This document shows positions 31,901-36,547 of a DNA stretch of 64,000 nucleotides, in pieces. Source of the stretch: an uncultured Candidatus Saccharibacteria bacterium (GTDB lineage Bacteria > Patescibacteriota > Minisyncoccia > Phycocordibacterales > SBAW01); contig CAZYUH010000001.1 of assembly GCA_964650645.1 (NCBI GenBank), forward strand, positions 411,032-475,031. The letters run 5' to 3'. Below the pieces are notes generated by a model that was not told the origin of the DNA, ran no database searches, and saw nothing but the letters and a program-made list of their open reading frames with translations. The first letter of the stretch is position 1. Every line of letters starts with the position of its first letter. The position numbers were made by a program, and so were the translations under genes.

Positions 31901-31934
31901 CGCAGGAGGGGAGGGCGGCGCGGTGCAGCCGTAA
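13929..31934 (+). CDS. giant (6001 aa) membrane-anchored fibrous surface protein built from phage tail-fibre-like repeats; contains LVIVD beta-propeller, glycine-rich block and C-terminal intramolecular-chaperone (peptidase S74-like) domain
   Basis: Single uninterrupted ORF; N-terminal HTH-like domain then TM (AAALLISMLLGGAAYASSAAF); about 17 modules beginning AYPFPSNATTT..FNGG; Phage_fiber_2-like motif GNASTATALQTPRTINGVTFDGTSNITVTAASSTLLANNNTFSGTNTF; C-terminal SDIRLKTDV..ITYTW..GVVAQQVQEVFPQLV; Pro/Glu tail. Confidence 0.9.
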   Translation: MTSSKKLFSKTGETLLNARKAAVLLECAPDYVSRLCREGKIEGVRHQGQWYIDPKSLESFRAGRDAARLARSEMLSAERRNESKAFARANGKAEGKPAQGIMSRIPAIPLSRHAAAALLISMLLGGAAYASSAAFSAARAQPEALSASAGRIESPFFSTVSFSFESVWRAIASLFAPSRDVAVAPSMQADRTLAAQPASPAAQPAVVAATTTQTFVTNTYPVVERTIERTVERAVPAQAADLGGFVTYDFLNAQIDGVYRSLSRRGSGGIADFSSLTAADIPALNYLPLTGGTLTGALSVSATSTLAGIALNADCSAYNNGGKLTTDSSGNVVCDNDTAGSGSGTPGGSTGQVQYNDAGDFGGEAGFTYDEGANRLTVSFASTTGITADYASTTNLVVSGVSNALLKTVNGVVVPAVAGTDYQAAGNYATFAYPFPSNATTTSIAFNGGLTGALTGNASTATALQTGRTINGVTFDGTQDITVTAASSTLLANNNTFSGNNTFSNTITGSITGNAGTVTNGVYTTTFGGLFAGQLAGTTTDALAEGSVNKYYTDSLVQSYLNGVDKGFFFSTTSAAYQLSVLDKGYFFSTTSAAYNLSTIDKGYFFSTTSADYLLSGKNYATFAYPFPSNATTTQLALNGGLTAPSATIAYASTTAITATTASTTNLVISGIATGSTQCLQINSSGTVSGTGSACGSGGGGSITQIGPAGQMQSGTSITLATSTSGSDFTITAAADTITFNFPIASASNTGKLTAADWSTFNDKISSTSLSAGAGIAYNPATGVITNTIGYPFPSNATTTSIAFNGGLTGTLTGSLVGNASTATALQTPRTINGVTFDGTSNITVTAASSTLLANNNTFSGTNTFSNTITGSITGNAGTVTNGVYTTTFNSLFDPRFASSFAGTTTDALAEGSTNLYYTQARATANFIANLAGTSSVASITTLPNLSLPSSQVTGLFAYPFPSNATTTQLAFNGGATFAGATTTALAVTGSTTVSSTLNVGGVINASGGVIGNVTGSLVGNASTATALETPRTINGVTFDGTQDITVAAASSTLLTDNNTFSGKTLLANATTTNLAVTGVTSSLLKTLSNGAVVAAVAGTDYVANTSGDWTGTFDGQEGSYYLNAANLANFGVPFYNFFSATTTSALAEGSNLYYTDERVDDRVGALLQAGSGVNLTYDDGSDTLTISATGGGGGGTDVNWTYFNGSTIRPATSTNQVLVGGTSTSTLVSPFAKLGVLGGASIDYASTTGITASYASTTDLVISGIPNGILKTVNGVVTAATAGVDYLTSGSSFAYPFPSNATTTQLAFNGGATFAGATTTALAVTGSTTVSSTLNVGGVINANGGVIGNVTGSLTGNASTATALQTPRTINGVTFDGTSNITVTAASSTLLANNNTFSGTNTFSNTITGSITGNAGTVTNGVYTTTFGGLFAGQLAGTTTDALAEGSANLYYTQARATANFIANLAGTSSVASITTLPNLSLPSSQVTGLFAYPFPSNATTTQLAFNGGLSATTITADAATSTSLFGGRVTGSTASFGATATSSFSSAGALTLANLSNAVLAVNAQGQVVATSSIGMSQLTGTLGVPNGGTGSTTLGGLLIGNGTGAIASAAVTGPLSFSGTTLSIAQATGAQSGYLSSADWSTFNGKVSSSSLSSANGYLTYNGSTGVFTASTSPTYAAATSTAFRTTSLTIGTLTGLLKASSGAVAAAVAGTDYENPLTFSYPLQRTVNAVSLAFGTTTSNTWAGTQTFTNAPRLGTLTGLVGANNGTLYQISTSTSFVTSLTAGAGISLSGATGAVTVTNAIGYPFPSNATTTQIAFNGGATFAGATTTALAVTGSTTVSGVLNAGGVVNANGGVTAAGASTIASTTLTGRTLLSNATSSSIYTPVLGVNGEYFTNLTGAGLQNVGGALTLDTAGDWTGTFDGQEGSYYLANSFSTTSAAYFSSLGLAFSTTSSDYWLSQKTTGNLAEGSNLYFTNARADARIAAATSTVRGMVSASGPLSYNSSTGIFSIFQAGAGQDGYLSSADWSAFNGKLSSSSIDTSTELASLIGDETGTGALVFGTGATLASTTLSGSTLLSNATTTNLAITGVTSSLLKTLANGAVVPAVAGSDYLTSATIYQYPFPNNATSTLIAFNGGITAAASTLSSTTLSGSTLLSNATTTSLGFSGLASTLLKTNAQGTVVAANAGTDYENPLTFSTGLSRIGDVVSNSGVTSATGTLNQISVSANTGNITFSLPSLVNLTNLTVAAATTTNSFTSGALSASTARFGSTATTTIDAAGNLAVAGTFDGAGLASCSGTADKLLWNAGVFSCGVDSGSGGGTSEINWTWFNGSAVRVSTSTNQVLIGTNATSTLAKLEVVGGVFTDNATSTASLFGGRITGNSAAFGTTASTTIDALGNVGIGSTTPSARLAVVGGNILQTASGDPKLVASSALGHRTYATAVSGRYAYVANETGGLRILDISNPAAPVVTGSFAYNGGSSAAISIAVAGQYAYVGDNAIGLVIIDVSNPAAPSVVSTSAIVNDPWNLALSGKYLYVADGNAKALKIIDVSNPAAPVVAGSFVSGGSTQPQAVAVAGKYAYMSDASLGNIYIVDISNPTAPALTATYASGGSPMSLYASGKYLYVADLVNGFYSLNVSNPNATPTLVGSYAGSHYGVAVAGQYAYIANDAGHELTVLDLANQSSPALVGGVDVGDEALGITMAGKYAFIAANLNGLAVVDVNGASFPAANIASLQSGMANIADALTVGGNIYAGGGLDVGVSGIYSRGTIAAYVASSTELNPVVATFMGGNVGIGTTSPFAKLSVGGSGFFGGSLTASSITASTSASLASTTLVGNTLLSNATTTSFAISGISGALLKTLANGAVVPAVAGTDYASPSDIFAYPFPSNATTTQLAFNGGLSATTITANAATSTSLFSGRVTGNTASFGATATSSFSSNGTLSLAGLSSALLSTDASGAVVATTTLSTNYLFGHLGFINGVAFSAGGSSIITAASSTLLANNNTFSGTNTFSNIITGSVSGNAGTATALQTPRTINGVTFDGTGNIVITAASSTLLANNNTFSGTNIFSNTINGSITGNAGTVTNGVYTTTFGGLFAGQLAGTTTDALAEGSANLYYTQARATANFIANLAGTSSVASITTLPNLSLPSSQVTGLFAYPFPSNATTTSIAFNGGLTGTLTGSLVGNASTATALQTPRTINGVTFDGTSNITVTAASSTLLANNNTFSGTNTFSNTINGSITGNAGTVTNGVYTTTFNSLFDPRFVTQLAATSSIASITTLPNLSLPYSQLTGTPAIAGYPFAGAGNSTSTLTQFNGGLTAYASSTIGNGTATGGLTVSGNATTTGNAYIAGNLTAAGTVAANGVSTAMIRDASSVSALDIANRRLLDSGTVNALDFSSASSIKLTQYTSNGFLKTSGGNGTLSVDTTISTSGGNVGIGTTSPYAKLSVAGQVVAASFVGTTTATSTLGGGMNIASGCYAVNGTCLSAASLGASTFAYPFPSNATTTQIAFNGGATFAGATTTALAVTGSTTVSSVLNVGGVINANGGITAGTYNASGASSTVLSLSGQALLSASSTTSSVFLGLNSGALNQSTGVYNSGLGAGALASNTTGTRNSAFGFATLVSNTSGAGNTAAGFQSMQSNTVGINNSAFGYNSLATNSYGVYNTAVGSHSLFANTSGVYNTASGYASLVFNSYGTFNSAFGSQALYNNGSGSYNSAFGYFAGKTNTVGTSTTLVGSFSDVAANNLSTSTAIGAGAVVSASNSLVLGGLGQSSVLAGVGTTTPFARFSIQANPTDSVPNAMLFAIGSSTASATTTLFSVSNTGSTTAQNGINIANGCYAVNGACLSAATFGASTFAYPFPSNATTTSIAFNGGLTGTLTGSLVGNASTATALQTPRTINGVTFDGTGNIVITAASSTLLANNNTFSGTNTFSNTISGSITGNAGTVTNGVYTTTFGGLFAGQLAGTTTDALAEGSANLYYTQARATANFIANLAGTSSVASITTLPNLSILSSQVSDLATTIGAAYPFALAGNATSTLTQFNGGLTAYASSTIGNGTAGLTVSGNSTTTGTAYFVGNVGIGTTSPFAALSVQGASSQAAATNAPVAFSVLGGTGSTTGLGGAIALTGGTGGNGVGGSGGGISLTGGNSGGGIASAGGTVALSAGNGGGATPGAGGALTISGGIASGNAGGIVISSGSANIAASNTSGGNITMIAGNGGGAGSVGAGGSFTFNSGSGNVGSASQAAGSFTFNGGSAGASKQGGSFAFNGGAGSTTGNGGDFSITGGTGGNSAGSRGGNITLNPGAAGTSGAVGNVLLATLNGNVGIGTTSPYAKLSVAGSVVAASFVGTTTATSTLGGGMDIATGCYAINGTCLSAASLGASTFAYPFPSNATSTSIAFSGGLTGTLTGSLVGNASTATALQTGRAINGVTFDGTSNITVTAASSTLLANDNTFSGTNTFSNTISGSITGNAGTVTNGVYTTTFNGLFDNRLSASSSIAGITTLPNLSLPASQVTGLAAYPFPSNATTTQIAFNGGLTAYASTTIGNGTAIGGLTISGGATTTGTAYFAGNVGIGTSSPYQALSVVGSTTLQANAAAAYSWTNASQPEGVTLRIGADGSSVAGLLIQGSNSGAGITDYLSVYNRFGTRLFGVTDSGVGIGGNTRLTVGPGFASGASLNPTGVNDYSIFGSSATSTPAQLIWDARRGTFYEDRTTPILRFAGNVGGGNSPIIGESVGGINILNASTTRGLSFASYASSTGQFIENFRILSTGNTGFGTSSPFAKLAVQAGDGDTATTLFAIGSSTASATTTLFSVSNTGSTTIQNGVNIAGGCYAVNGTCLSAATFGASTFAYPFLSNATSTTLTFSGGLLATASSTFSGQLNLGGTAANIALGSNYLSGDGGDEGVFVNSGGDVGIGTNGLISSHVLTVAGNQYLSGGLGVGGGNTVPGSAHIYGSAGDATSLTIDAPNASSASALNISGPSSGKAFAITATGETLARGMFYVDGSYGIGPGGNSYSRDTFISRSATSTLLVSSDMASGAANLIVTGNIGVGTTSPYAKLSVTGDAVLSGSSPTLTLHDTGGNSFNTIQNAGGGLQFNTGSGNSIVFQQAGVEAARFVTGSRNFGIGTSSPSQALSVAGNGYVSGGFGIGMPPAAAGGLYFNRAGNDPFFSWYESGVNVGQIRADATRGGIYFADTTGGTTYFQVNTSGAGAGNVGVGTTTPGSLLAIGNTGGINFTTATSTFNTTGGININSGCFAMNGTCITAGGGGGVSLSAANTWTALQTFQSGLLSQASSTFTGALTLSGGIVNYAANSTSTVPNNAAYAWTIATSSTAQPLFAIDTTSGSESVSLGAAGADVYIGDAGSSPDLVFENSGTIKTASGGTLTIGDGSDIVNFGVNVGIGSTTPGSLLSVGDTNGINFTTATSTFSSTGGINIASGCFAVNGTCITGGGGGSSASSTLLADFNTFTNLQRFNGGLLSLASSTIGNGNAGLTISGNSTTTGNSLVSGGLNVGTVPVAPVTGGIYLQRTTNPFISFYYGSTQAGQLRANSTSQLSLTDPTGNSPYLSINTSGAAAGNVGVGTTSPFANFAVQKNYGSTNTTLFAVSSSTNSGGTTATTLFSVDSSGVATVGNESGAGDANFQFASDANAWSVGYKSSDKSFNIASSTNFSGTAALSIAKNGNATFTGSGGTCTINGSGECTSDIRLKTDVATTTGQDALAKLAKLDAITYTWSDPKLDQAQRLGVVAQQVQEVFPQLVGSTTVSFMGVTGTYLTVDYGGLAAPLIAAVNELNLRTGFLATTTATSTPDELADGPFKAASDWLKSALASGLDAIQGVADIGVRNVGAAIYAAAGAFNEVFAQTITADTVKAKQLCLEDVCITKTELQNLLNQQHSSGGGSGGNGGGGGSVPPPAPEPAGPEPEPQASSTPETAPEPEAPSPGEASPGPEAPAPEPDAPAPEATPEPEPEPEDPAPQDAPAPAPASAPAAGGEGGAVQP
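21220..22150 (+). other. LVIVD-repeat beta-propeller segment inside the giant ORF
   Basis: Six to eight repeats such as YAYVANETGGLRILDISNPAAPVV, YAYVGDNAIGLVIIDVSNPAAPSV, YLYVADGNAKALKIIDVSNPAAPVV, YAFIAANLNGLAVVDVNGAS. Confidence 0.7.
26220..26900 (+). other. glycine-rich block (GGxGG-type, not collagen Gly-X-Y) inside the giant ORF
   Basis: GGAIALTGGTGGNGVGGSGGGISLTGGNSGGGIASAGGTVALSAGNGGGATPGAGGALTISGG... Confidence 0.8.
31010..31330 (+). other. intramolecular chaperone autoproteolytic domain (peptidase S74 / tail-spike C-terminal chaperone-like)
   Basis: TCTINGSGECTSDIRLKTDVATTTGQDALAKLAKLDAITYTWSDPKLDQAQRLGVVAQQVQEVFPQLVG..TVDYGGLAAPLIAAVNELN (S-D-x-R-L-K and IAQEV-like motifs). Confidence 0.7.
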
Positions 31935-31960
31935 CACGATGTCATAAAAGAGCCCGATGG

Positions 31961-31966
31961 TATAAT
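31961..31966 (+). promoter_or_regulatory. TATAAT -10 box 8 nt upstream of ATG (leaderless-type); conserved element shared with the 34484 paralog
   Basis: cgatggTATAATcgggcgtaATGaagcgg vs cgatgaTATAATcggcgttaATGaggtgg at 34470-34475. Confidence 0.45.
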
Positions 31967-31974
31967 CGGGCGTA

Positions 31975-33861
31975 ATGAAGCGGCATTCTTGTTTCAATGC
32001 GGGTACGCGCCTGGGCACTCGGCACGGCATAAAAAGAATCCTCCCGCTGTTCGGTGTTGCGGCATTTTTTGCCGTGTTCCTTGTGGCGCCCCACTCGGCG
32101 CAAGCAGCGCTTTCCTATGTCGGCTCCGCAGAAGGGAGCGGCATAAATACTACGGTTAATGTGAGCCTCACAGGTCTTTCTTTGCAACAGGGCGATCTGG
32201 TAATCGTCTTGAACGGATGGGGGGAGACCTCGAACGGTGATCCTGGCGTGGGTACGTCTGGATATACCGAGGTGGCTGATCTGTATGCGAATGATTCTGT
32301 TGATGCCAACCTTTCCGTCAGCTGGAAGATCATGGGTGCGTCGCCCGATTCGTCCGTGTCCTGCAACTCAAACGGCACGACATTCGGCGCATCGGCGTGC
32401 CTGGTGCACGTATGGCGCGGGGCGGACGCGACAGTGCCCATGGATGTGACTCCCACTACGGCTACAGGTGTCGACTCGGCCGTCTTCGACAGCCCTTCCA
32501 TTACGCCGGTAACTGCGGGAGCGGTCGTGCTTACGCTCGGCTTGAGCACCGCCACGGGCGCCAGCGGGGACTCGTCGATAACCGCTCCGTCGGGGTATTC
32601 CAATCAGGCCGATATAAATGCAAACGGAAACACGAGGTCATCCCAATCCGGCATCGCATCCAAGGCGTGGAGCGGCTCAGGTGCCGAGAACCCGGGCGCG
32701 TGGAGCAATATAACCACTGACACATTCAATTCCTGGGCTGCTGTTACGCTCGCTATACGCCCCGCTGCCGGACCGGGAGGGGGCGGGACCATATTCCTCA
32801 CGTCGGGCACGACGTGGCAGGTGCCTTCCGATTGGGATTCTTCTAATAACACCATAGAGGTTATAGGCGGCGGGGGAGGCGGAGATACCCCGAGCGACAC
32901 GGTCTATTCCGCGGGCGGCGGCGGCGGCGCATACTCGAAAATCACGAACGCGACGCTTACGCCCGGCGCGACAGTCGCCATTGCTGTGGGTGCCGGCGGG
33001 TCGGGCGGTACTACTCCGACTGCCGGCGGCGACACGTACCTGTGCAACTCGCCCAGCAACTGCGCGACCATTGGCGGCAGCGCGGTCATCGTCGGCGCGA
33101 AAGGCGGCGGCGCGCCTACCGGGTCCGGGTTCCCGACCGGCGGTGCCGGGGGTGCTGCGGCCAGCGGAGTGGGGACGGTCAAGAACTCGGGCGGCGCAGG
33201 CGGCACGTCTTCGTTAGGCAACCCGGGCTCCGGCGGCGGCGGCGCAGGCGGGCCGCGGGGCGCGGGCGGCGCGGGTGCGGATGACGCCAATACCACGGGC
33301 TCCGGAGGCGGCGGCGGCGGCGGCGCGGGCGGCGGCGGGTCCGGAACGAATGGCGCGGCCGGTACGGCTGCCGCAAATAGCTTAGGCGGCGCAGGCGGCG
33401 CAGGCGGCAACAATGCCGCGGGAGCGGGCTCCGGCGGCGCCGGTACGGCTAGCGGAGGAACGGGATCTGCGGGTACGGCCGGAGGAGGCGGCGGAGGAGG
33501 CGGCGGAAAAAACGGAACGAATGCCGGAGCCGGAGGCGCCGGAGGCGCTGGTACGGACTGGGACGCGACGCATGGTGCGGGCGGCGGAGGCGGAGGAGGC
33601 GGAGGCAGCAACGACGCTACCGTCAATGGTTCGGCGACCGGCGGCGCCGGCGGCCTGTACGGCGGCGGAGGAGGCGGAGGCGGCGGAACGTCCGCAGGCA
33701 ACGGCACCAACGGCGCGGGCGGCAACGGCGCGCAGGGGATCATCGTCATCACCTACACGGCAGCAGGAGGCGGGTCCGGCACGCCCTCGCGCCGCATGCG
33801 GCTCTTCGAAGGATTCAAAATAAAGCTCATTAGCGGCAAGATAAAAGTGCTCCCGATATGA
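31975..33861 (+). CDS. secreted glycine-rich protein (TSGTxW..IEVIGGGGGG / GIIVITYT family)
   Basis: Signal peptide ..FFAVFLVAPHSAQA; module IFLTSGTTWQVPSDWDSSNNTIEVIGGGGGGD..GGDTYLCNSPSNCATIGGSAVIVGAKGGG..long GGxGG tracts..GIIVITYT. Confidence 0.8.
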   Translation: MKRHSCFNAGTRLGTRHGIKRILPLFGVAAFFAVFLVAPHSAQAALSYVGSAEGSGINTTVNVSLTGLSLQQGDLVIVLNGWGETSNGDPGVGTSGYTEVADLYANDSVDANLSVSWKIMGASPDSSVSCNSNGTTFGASACLVHVWRGADATVPMDVTPTTATGVDSAVFDSPSITPVTAGAVVLTLGLSTATGASGDSSITAPSGYSNQADINANGNTRSSQSGIASKAWSGSGAENPGAWSNITTDTFNSWAAVTLAIRPAAGPGGGGTIFLTSGTTWQVPSDWDSSNNTIEVIGGGGGGDTPSDTVYSAGGGGGAYSKITNATLTPGATVAIAVGAGGSGGTTPTAGGDTYLCNSPSNCATIGGSAVIVGAKGGGAPTGSGFPTGGAGGAAASGVGTVKNSGGAGGTSSLGNPGSGGGGAGGPRGAGGAGADDANTTGSGGGGGGGAGGGGSGTNGAAGTAAANSLGGAGGAGGNNAAGAGSGGAGTASGGTGSAGTAGGGGGGGGGKNGTNAGAGGAGGAGTDWDATHGAGGGGGGGGGSNDATVNGSATGGAGGLYGGGGGGGGGTSAGNGTNGAGGNGAQGIIVITYTAAGGGSGTPSRRMRLFEGFKIKLISGKIKVLPI

Positions 33862-34454
33862 GCAGGGGCGCATGGATAGCCGCTTCGTGCGTTGCCCTGT
33901 GTATCGCGGCGGCGGCATGGGCGTTCTTTGGCGCGCCGGGAGCGCCGCGCATTTTTTTACCGGGCGGCGCAGGCGGCGAACCGGCGCCCGGCTTTGCAAT
34001 GGCAAGCGGGACAGACGCAAGCGCCGGGCCGCTCAAGCCGCCGCGCACGCCGCCGGCGGGACAGAAGGAGCTGTACAATGAAAAATATCGGTTCTCGCTC
34101 TTTTATCCGGACACCCTTTCCTTAAAAGCCTACGACGAAGGGGGCGGGGCGTCGACTATCGCGCTCCAGAGCGTCGCGCGCGCGGAAGGATTCCAAATAT
34201 TCGTCGTGCCCTACCGGGGCGCGCAAGTGAGCATGGAGCGGTTCAGGCGCGACGTGCCGTCAGGGGTCATGCGGGAGCCTCTTGATACAACCATAGACGG
34301 CGCGACGGCGACGAGCTTCTACAGCGCCAACGCCGCGCTGGGCGACACGGCCGAGATATGGTTCATTCATGGCGGCTACCTGTTCGAGGTGACCGCGCCC
34401 AAATCGCAGGCGGCATGGCTCTCGGATATCATGAAAACCTGGCAGTTCATATAA
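33858..34454 (+). CDS. small membrane-anchored partner protein, type A (..WQFI C-terminus)
   Basis: ATGA start/stop overlap with upstream gene; N-terminal TM AWIAASCVALCIAAAAWAFF; paralog of 36548 (FYPDTLSLKAYDE.. / IAYPEQLKVTQYEE..; both end W(Q/K)FI). Confidence 0.65.
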   Translation: MSRGAWIAASCVALCIAAAAWAFFGAPGAPRIFLPGGAGGEPAPGFAMASGTDASAGPLKPPRTPPAGQKELYNEKYRFSLFYPDTLSLKAYDEGGGASTIALQSVARAEGFQIFVVPYRGAQVSMERFRRDVPSGVMREPLDTTIDGATATSFYSANAALGDTAEIWFIHGGYLFEVTAPKSQAAWLSDIMKTWQFI

Positions 34455-34469
34455 GGCGGGGCGCGATGA

Positions 34470-34475
34470 TATAAT
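34470..34475 (+). promoter_or_regulatory. TATAAT -10 box 8 nt upstream of ATG
   Basis: gatgaTATAATcggcgttaATG. Confidence 0.45.
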
Positions 34476-34483
34476 CGGCGTTA

Positions 34484-36547
34484 ATGAGGTGGGGCAATGG
34501 CTACATAGGCGCGTTCGTCGCCGCGTGCGCGTGCGCATTCCTCCTGCCTGCCTGTGCGCATGCGGCGACGGTGTTCCTCACGTCGGGCACGTCGTGGAGC
34601 GTGCCGTCCGATTGGGACTCGGCGAGCAACACCATTGAAGTCATAGGCGGCGGCGGGGCGGGAGAAGATATAAACGGCGGAGGCGGCGGAGGAGGCGGCT
34701 ATACCAAGGCAACGAACGTGACGCTGACTCCCGGCTCGACGGTCGCGTATGCTGTCGGCGCGGGCGGGCTCACCAGCAGCGCGAGCGGCGGCGATACGTA
34801 CCTATGCAACAGCACCTCAAACTGCGCCGATATTAACGGCACGGCGGTCGTTGCGGGCGCCCGGGGCGGCGCGGGGTCTGCCGGAACCGGCGGCGGCGCG
34901 GGTGGCGCGCTGGGCGTGCCTGTATCGGGCACGGTGCGCTACGCGGGCGGCGCCGGCGGCGACGGGAATACCGACGGCGAGACCGGCGGCGGAGGAGGCG
35001 GCGCGGGCGGCCCTTTCGGCGGCGGCGCTAATGGCGGCGGCGGCGCGGGCGGCACCGATGACGGAGGCGGAGGCGGAGGCGGCGCCGGCGGCGGCACGAA
35101 CGGCGCCGCCGGAACCGGCCATAGCGGCACGGGCGGCAACGGCGGCGACAACCACAACGGCGCCGGCGGCGGCACGGGCGGCAACAGCGCGTCCGGCGGC
35201 ACGGACGGAGGCGGCGGAGGCGGCAGTTGCCGGTTCGGCGCGGACGGCGGCGGCGGCACCGAGTGGGACGCGACGCACGGCTCGGGCGGCGGCGGAGGCG
35301 GCGGAGGCTACGTCACCGACTGCAGCGGCACCAACAGCTCGGGCGGCGCCGGCGGCCTGTACGGCGGAGGAGGCGGAGGCGGCGGCGAGAATACGGCGAC
35401 CGACAACGGCGGCGCGGGCGCGCAGGGCATTATCGTCATAACGTACACGCCGGCCAGCGCTCCCGTTGGCCGCATCGTGCGCCTGAAGGGCGGCGTGCGG
35501 TTGGTAGGCGGCGTGCGGTTCGGCGGCACCTCGCCCGTCACGACGTACGGCGGGGGCGGAAGTCCGTCGTGCGATGCGGCATTTACCGATATTGGCGGCG
35601 GGCAGTGCCGTCTGTTCGTGACGTCGCTCGCGGCGACCACCTTCAGCGTGCCTCCCAACTGGACCTCGACGAATACCATAGAAACTATCGGCGGCGGCGG
35701 CGGAGGCTCGAACTACCCGACGGGCGGCGGAGGCGGCGCGTATAGCGCGTCCACCAACGTTTCGTTGACGCCGGGCGCGACGGTCGGCCTCAAGGTCGGC
35801 GGAGGCGGCGCGGGCGGGCCTACCGGCGGCTCGTTTACCGCAGGGGGTGCTGGCGGCGACACGTACGTATGCAACTCGACCAGCAACTGCGCGAGCATTG
35901 CGGGCAGCGCGGTCATCGTAGGCGCCAAGGGCGGCGGGGGCGGCGCGACGACCGCCGTCCTGACAAGCGGCGGCGCGTCTGGGAGCGGCGTGGGCGCAAC
36001 CAAGGTAAGCGGCGGCAACTCCCCGGCGCCATCGACCAACGGCTCCGGCGGCGGCGGCGCAGGTGGGCCGCAGGGCGCTGGCGCTGCGGGCGGGCAAAGC
36101 ACTGGCAACGGCGGCGCGGGCGGAGGCGGCAACGGCGGCGGCAGCGCGGGCGCAGGCACGGGTTCTGATAATGGAGGCAACGGAGGCAATAATTTCGGCG
36201 GCACCGGCAGCGGCGCGGGCGGCGTCGCATCGGGCGCTGTGGGCAGTCCGGGCGCCGCAGGTACGAACGGCGGCGGAGGCGGCGGAGGAAGCCGACCTTT
36301 TTCAGACAATAACATCGTCGGCGGCGCCGGAGGCAATGGCACCGAGTGGGACGCGACGCACGGGTCGGGCGGCGGCGGAGGCGGCGCCGGCGGCACGAAC
36401 GCCGCTGGTGTTACGGGCATTTTCGGCGGCGCCGGGGGGCTCTACGGAGGCGGTGGCGGCGCCGGCGGCTACAACACATCCGACGGCATAGGCTTCAAGG
36501 GCGGCGACGGCGGGCAGGGGATTATCGTCATAACCTACACGCTCTAA
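34484..36547 (+). CDS. secreted glycine-rich protein carrying two tandem copies of the TSGTxW..GIIVITYT module
   Basis: Signal peptide ..LLPACAHA; VFLTSGTSWSVPSDWDSASNTIEVIGGGGAG..GAQGIIVITYTP then LFVTSLAATTFSVPPNWTSTNTIETIGGGGGGS..GGQGIIVITYTL. Confidence 0.8.
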   Translation: MRWGNGYIGAFVAACACAFLLPACAHAATVFLTSGTSWSVPSDWDSASNTIEVIGGGGAGEDINGGGGGGGGYTKATNVTLTPGSTVAYAVGAGGLTSSASGGDTYLCNSTSNCADINGTAVVAGARGGAGSAGTGGGAGGALGVPVSGTVRYAGGAGGDGNTDGETGGGGGGAGGPFGGGANGGGGAGGTDDGGGGGGGAGGGTNGAAGTGHSGTGGNGGDNHNGAGGGTGGNSASGGTDGGGGGGSCRFGADGGGGTEWDATHGSGGGGGGGGYVTDCSGTNSSGGAGGLYGGGGGGGGENTATDNGGAGAQGIIVITYTPASAPVGRIVRLKGGVRLVGGVRFGGTSPVTTYGGGGSPSCDAAFTDIGGGQCRLFVTSLAATTFSVPPNWTSTNTIETIGGGGGGSNYPTGGGGGAYSASTNVSLTPGATVGLKVGGGGAGGPTGGSFTAGGAGGDTYVCNSTSNCASIAGSAVIVGAKGGGGGATTAVLTSGGASGSGVGATKVSGGNSPAPSTNGSGGGGAGGPQGAGAAGGQSTGNGGAGGGGNGGGSAGAGTGSDNGGNGGNNFGGTGSGAGGVASGAVGSPGAAGTNGGGGGGGSRPFSDNNIVGGAGGNGTEWDATHGSGGGGGGAGGTNAAGVTGIFGGAGGLYGGGGGAGGYNTSDGIGFKGGDGGQGIIVITYTL

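Noticed and set aside
32800-36500. CRISPR-like or collagen-like reading of the highly repetitive GGCGGCGG DNA / Gly-rich protein
   Set aside because: Repeats are irregular and inside ORFs, with no repeat-spacer periodicity. The protein has GGxGG runs, not the Gly-X-Y triplets of collagen.
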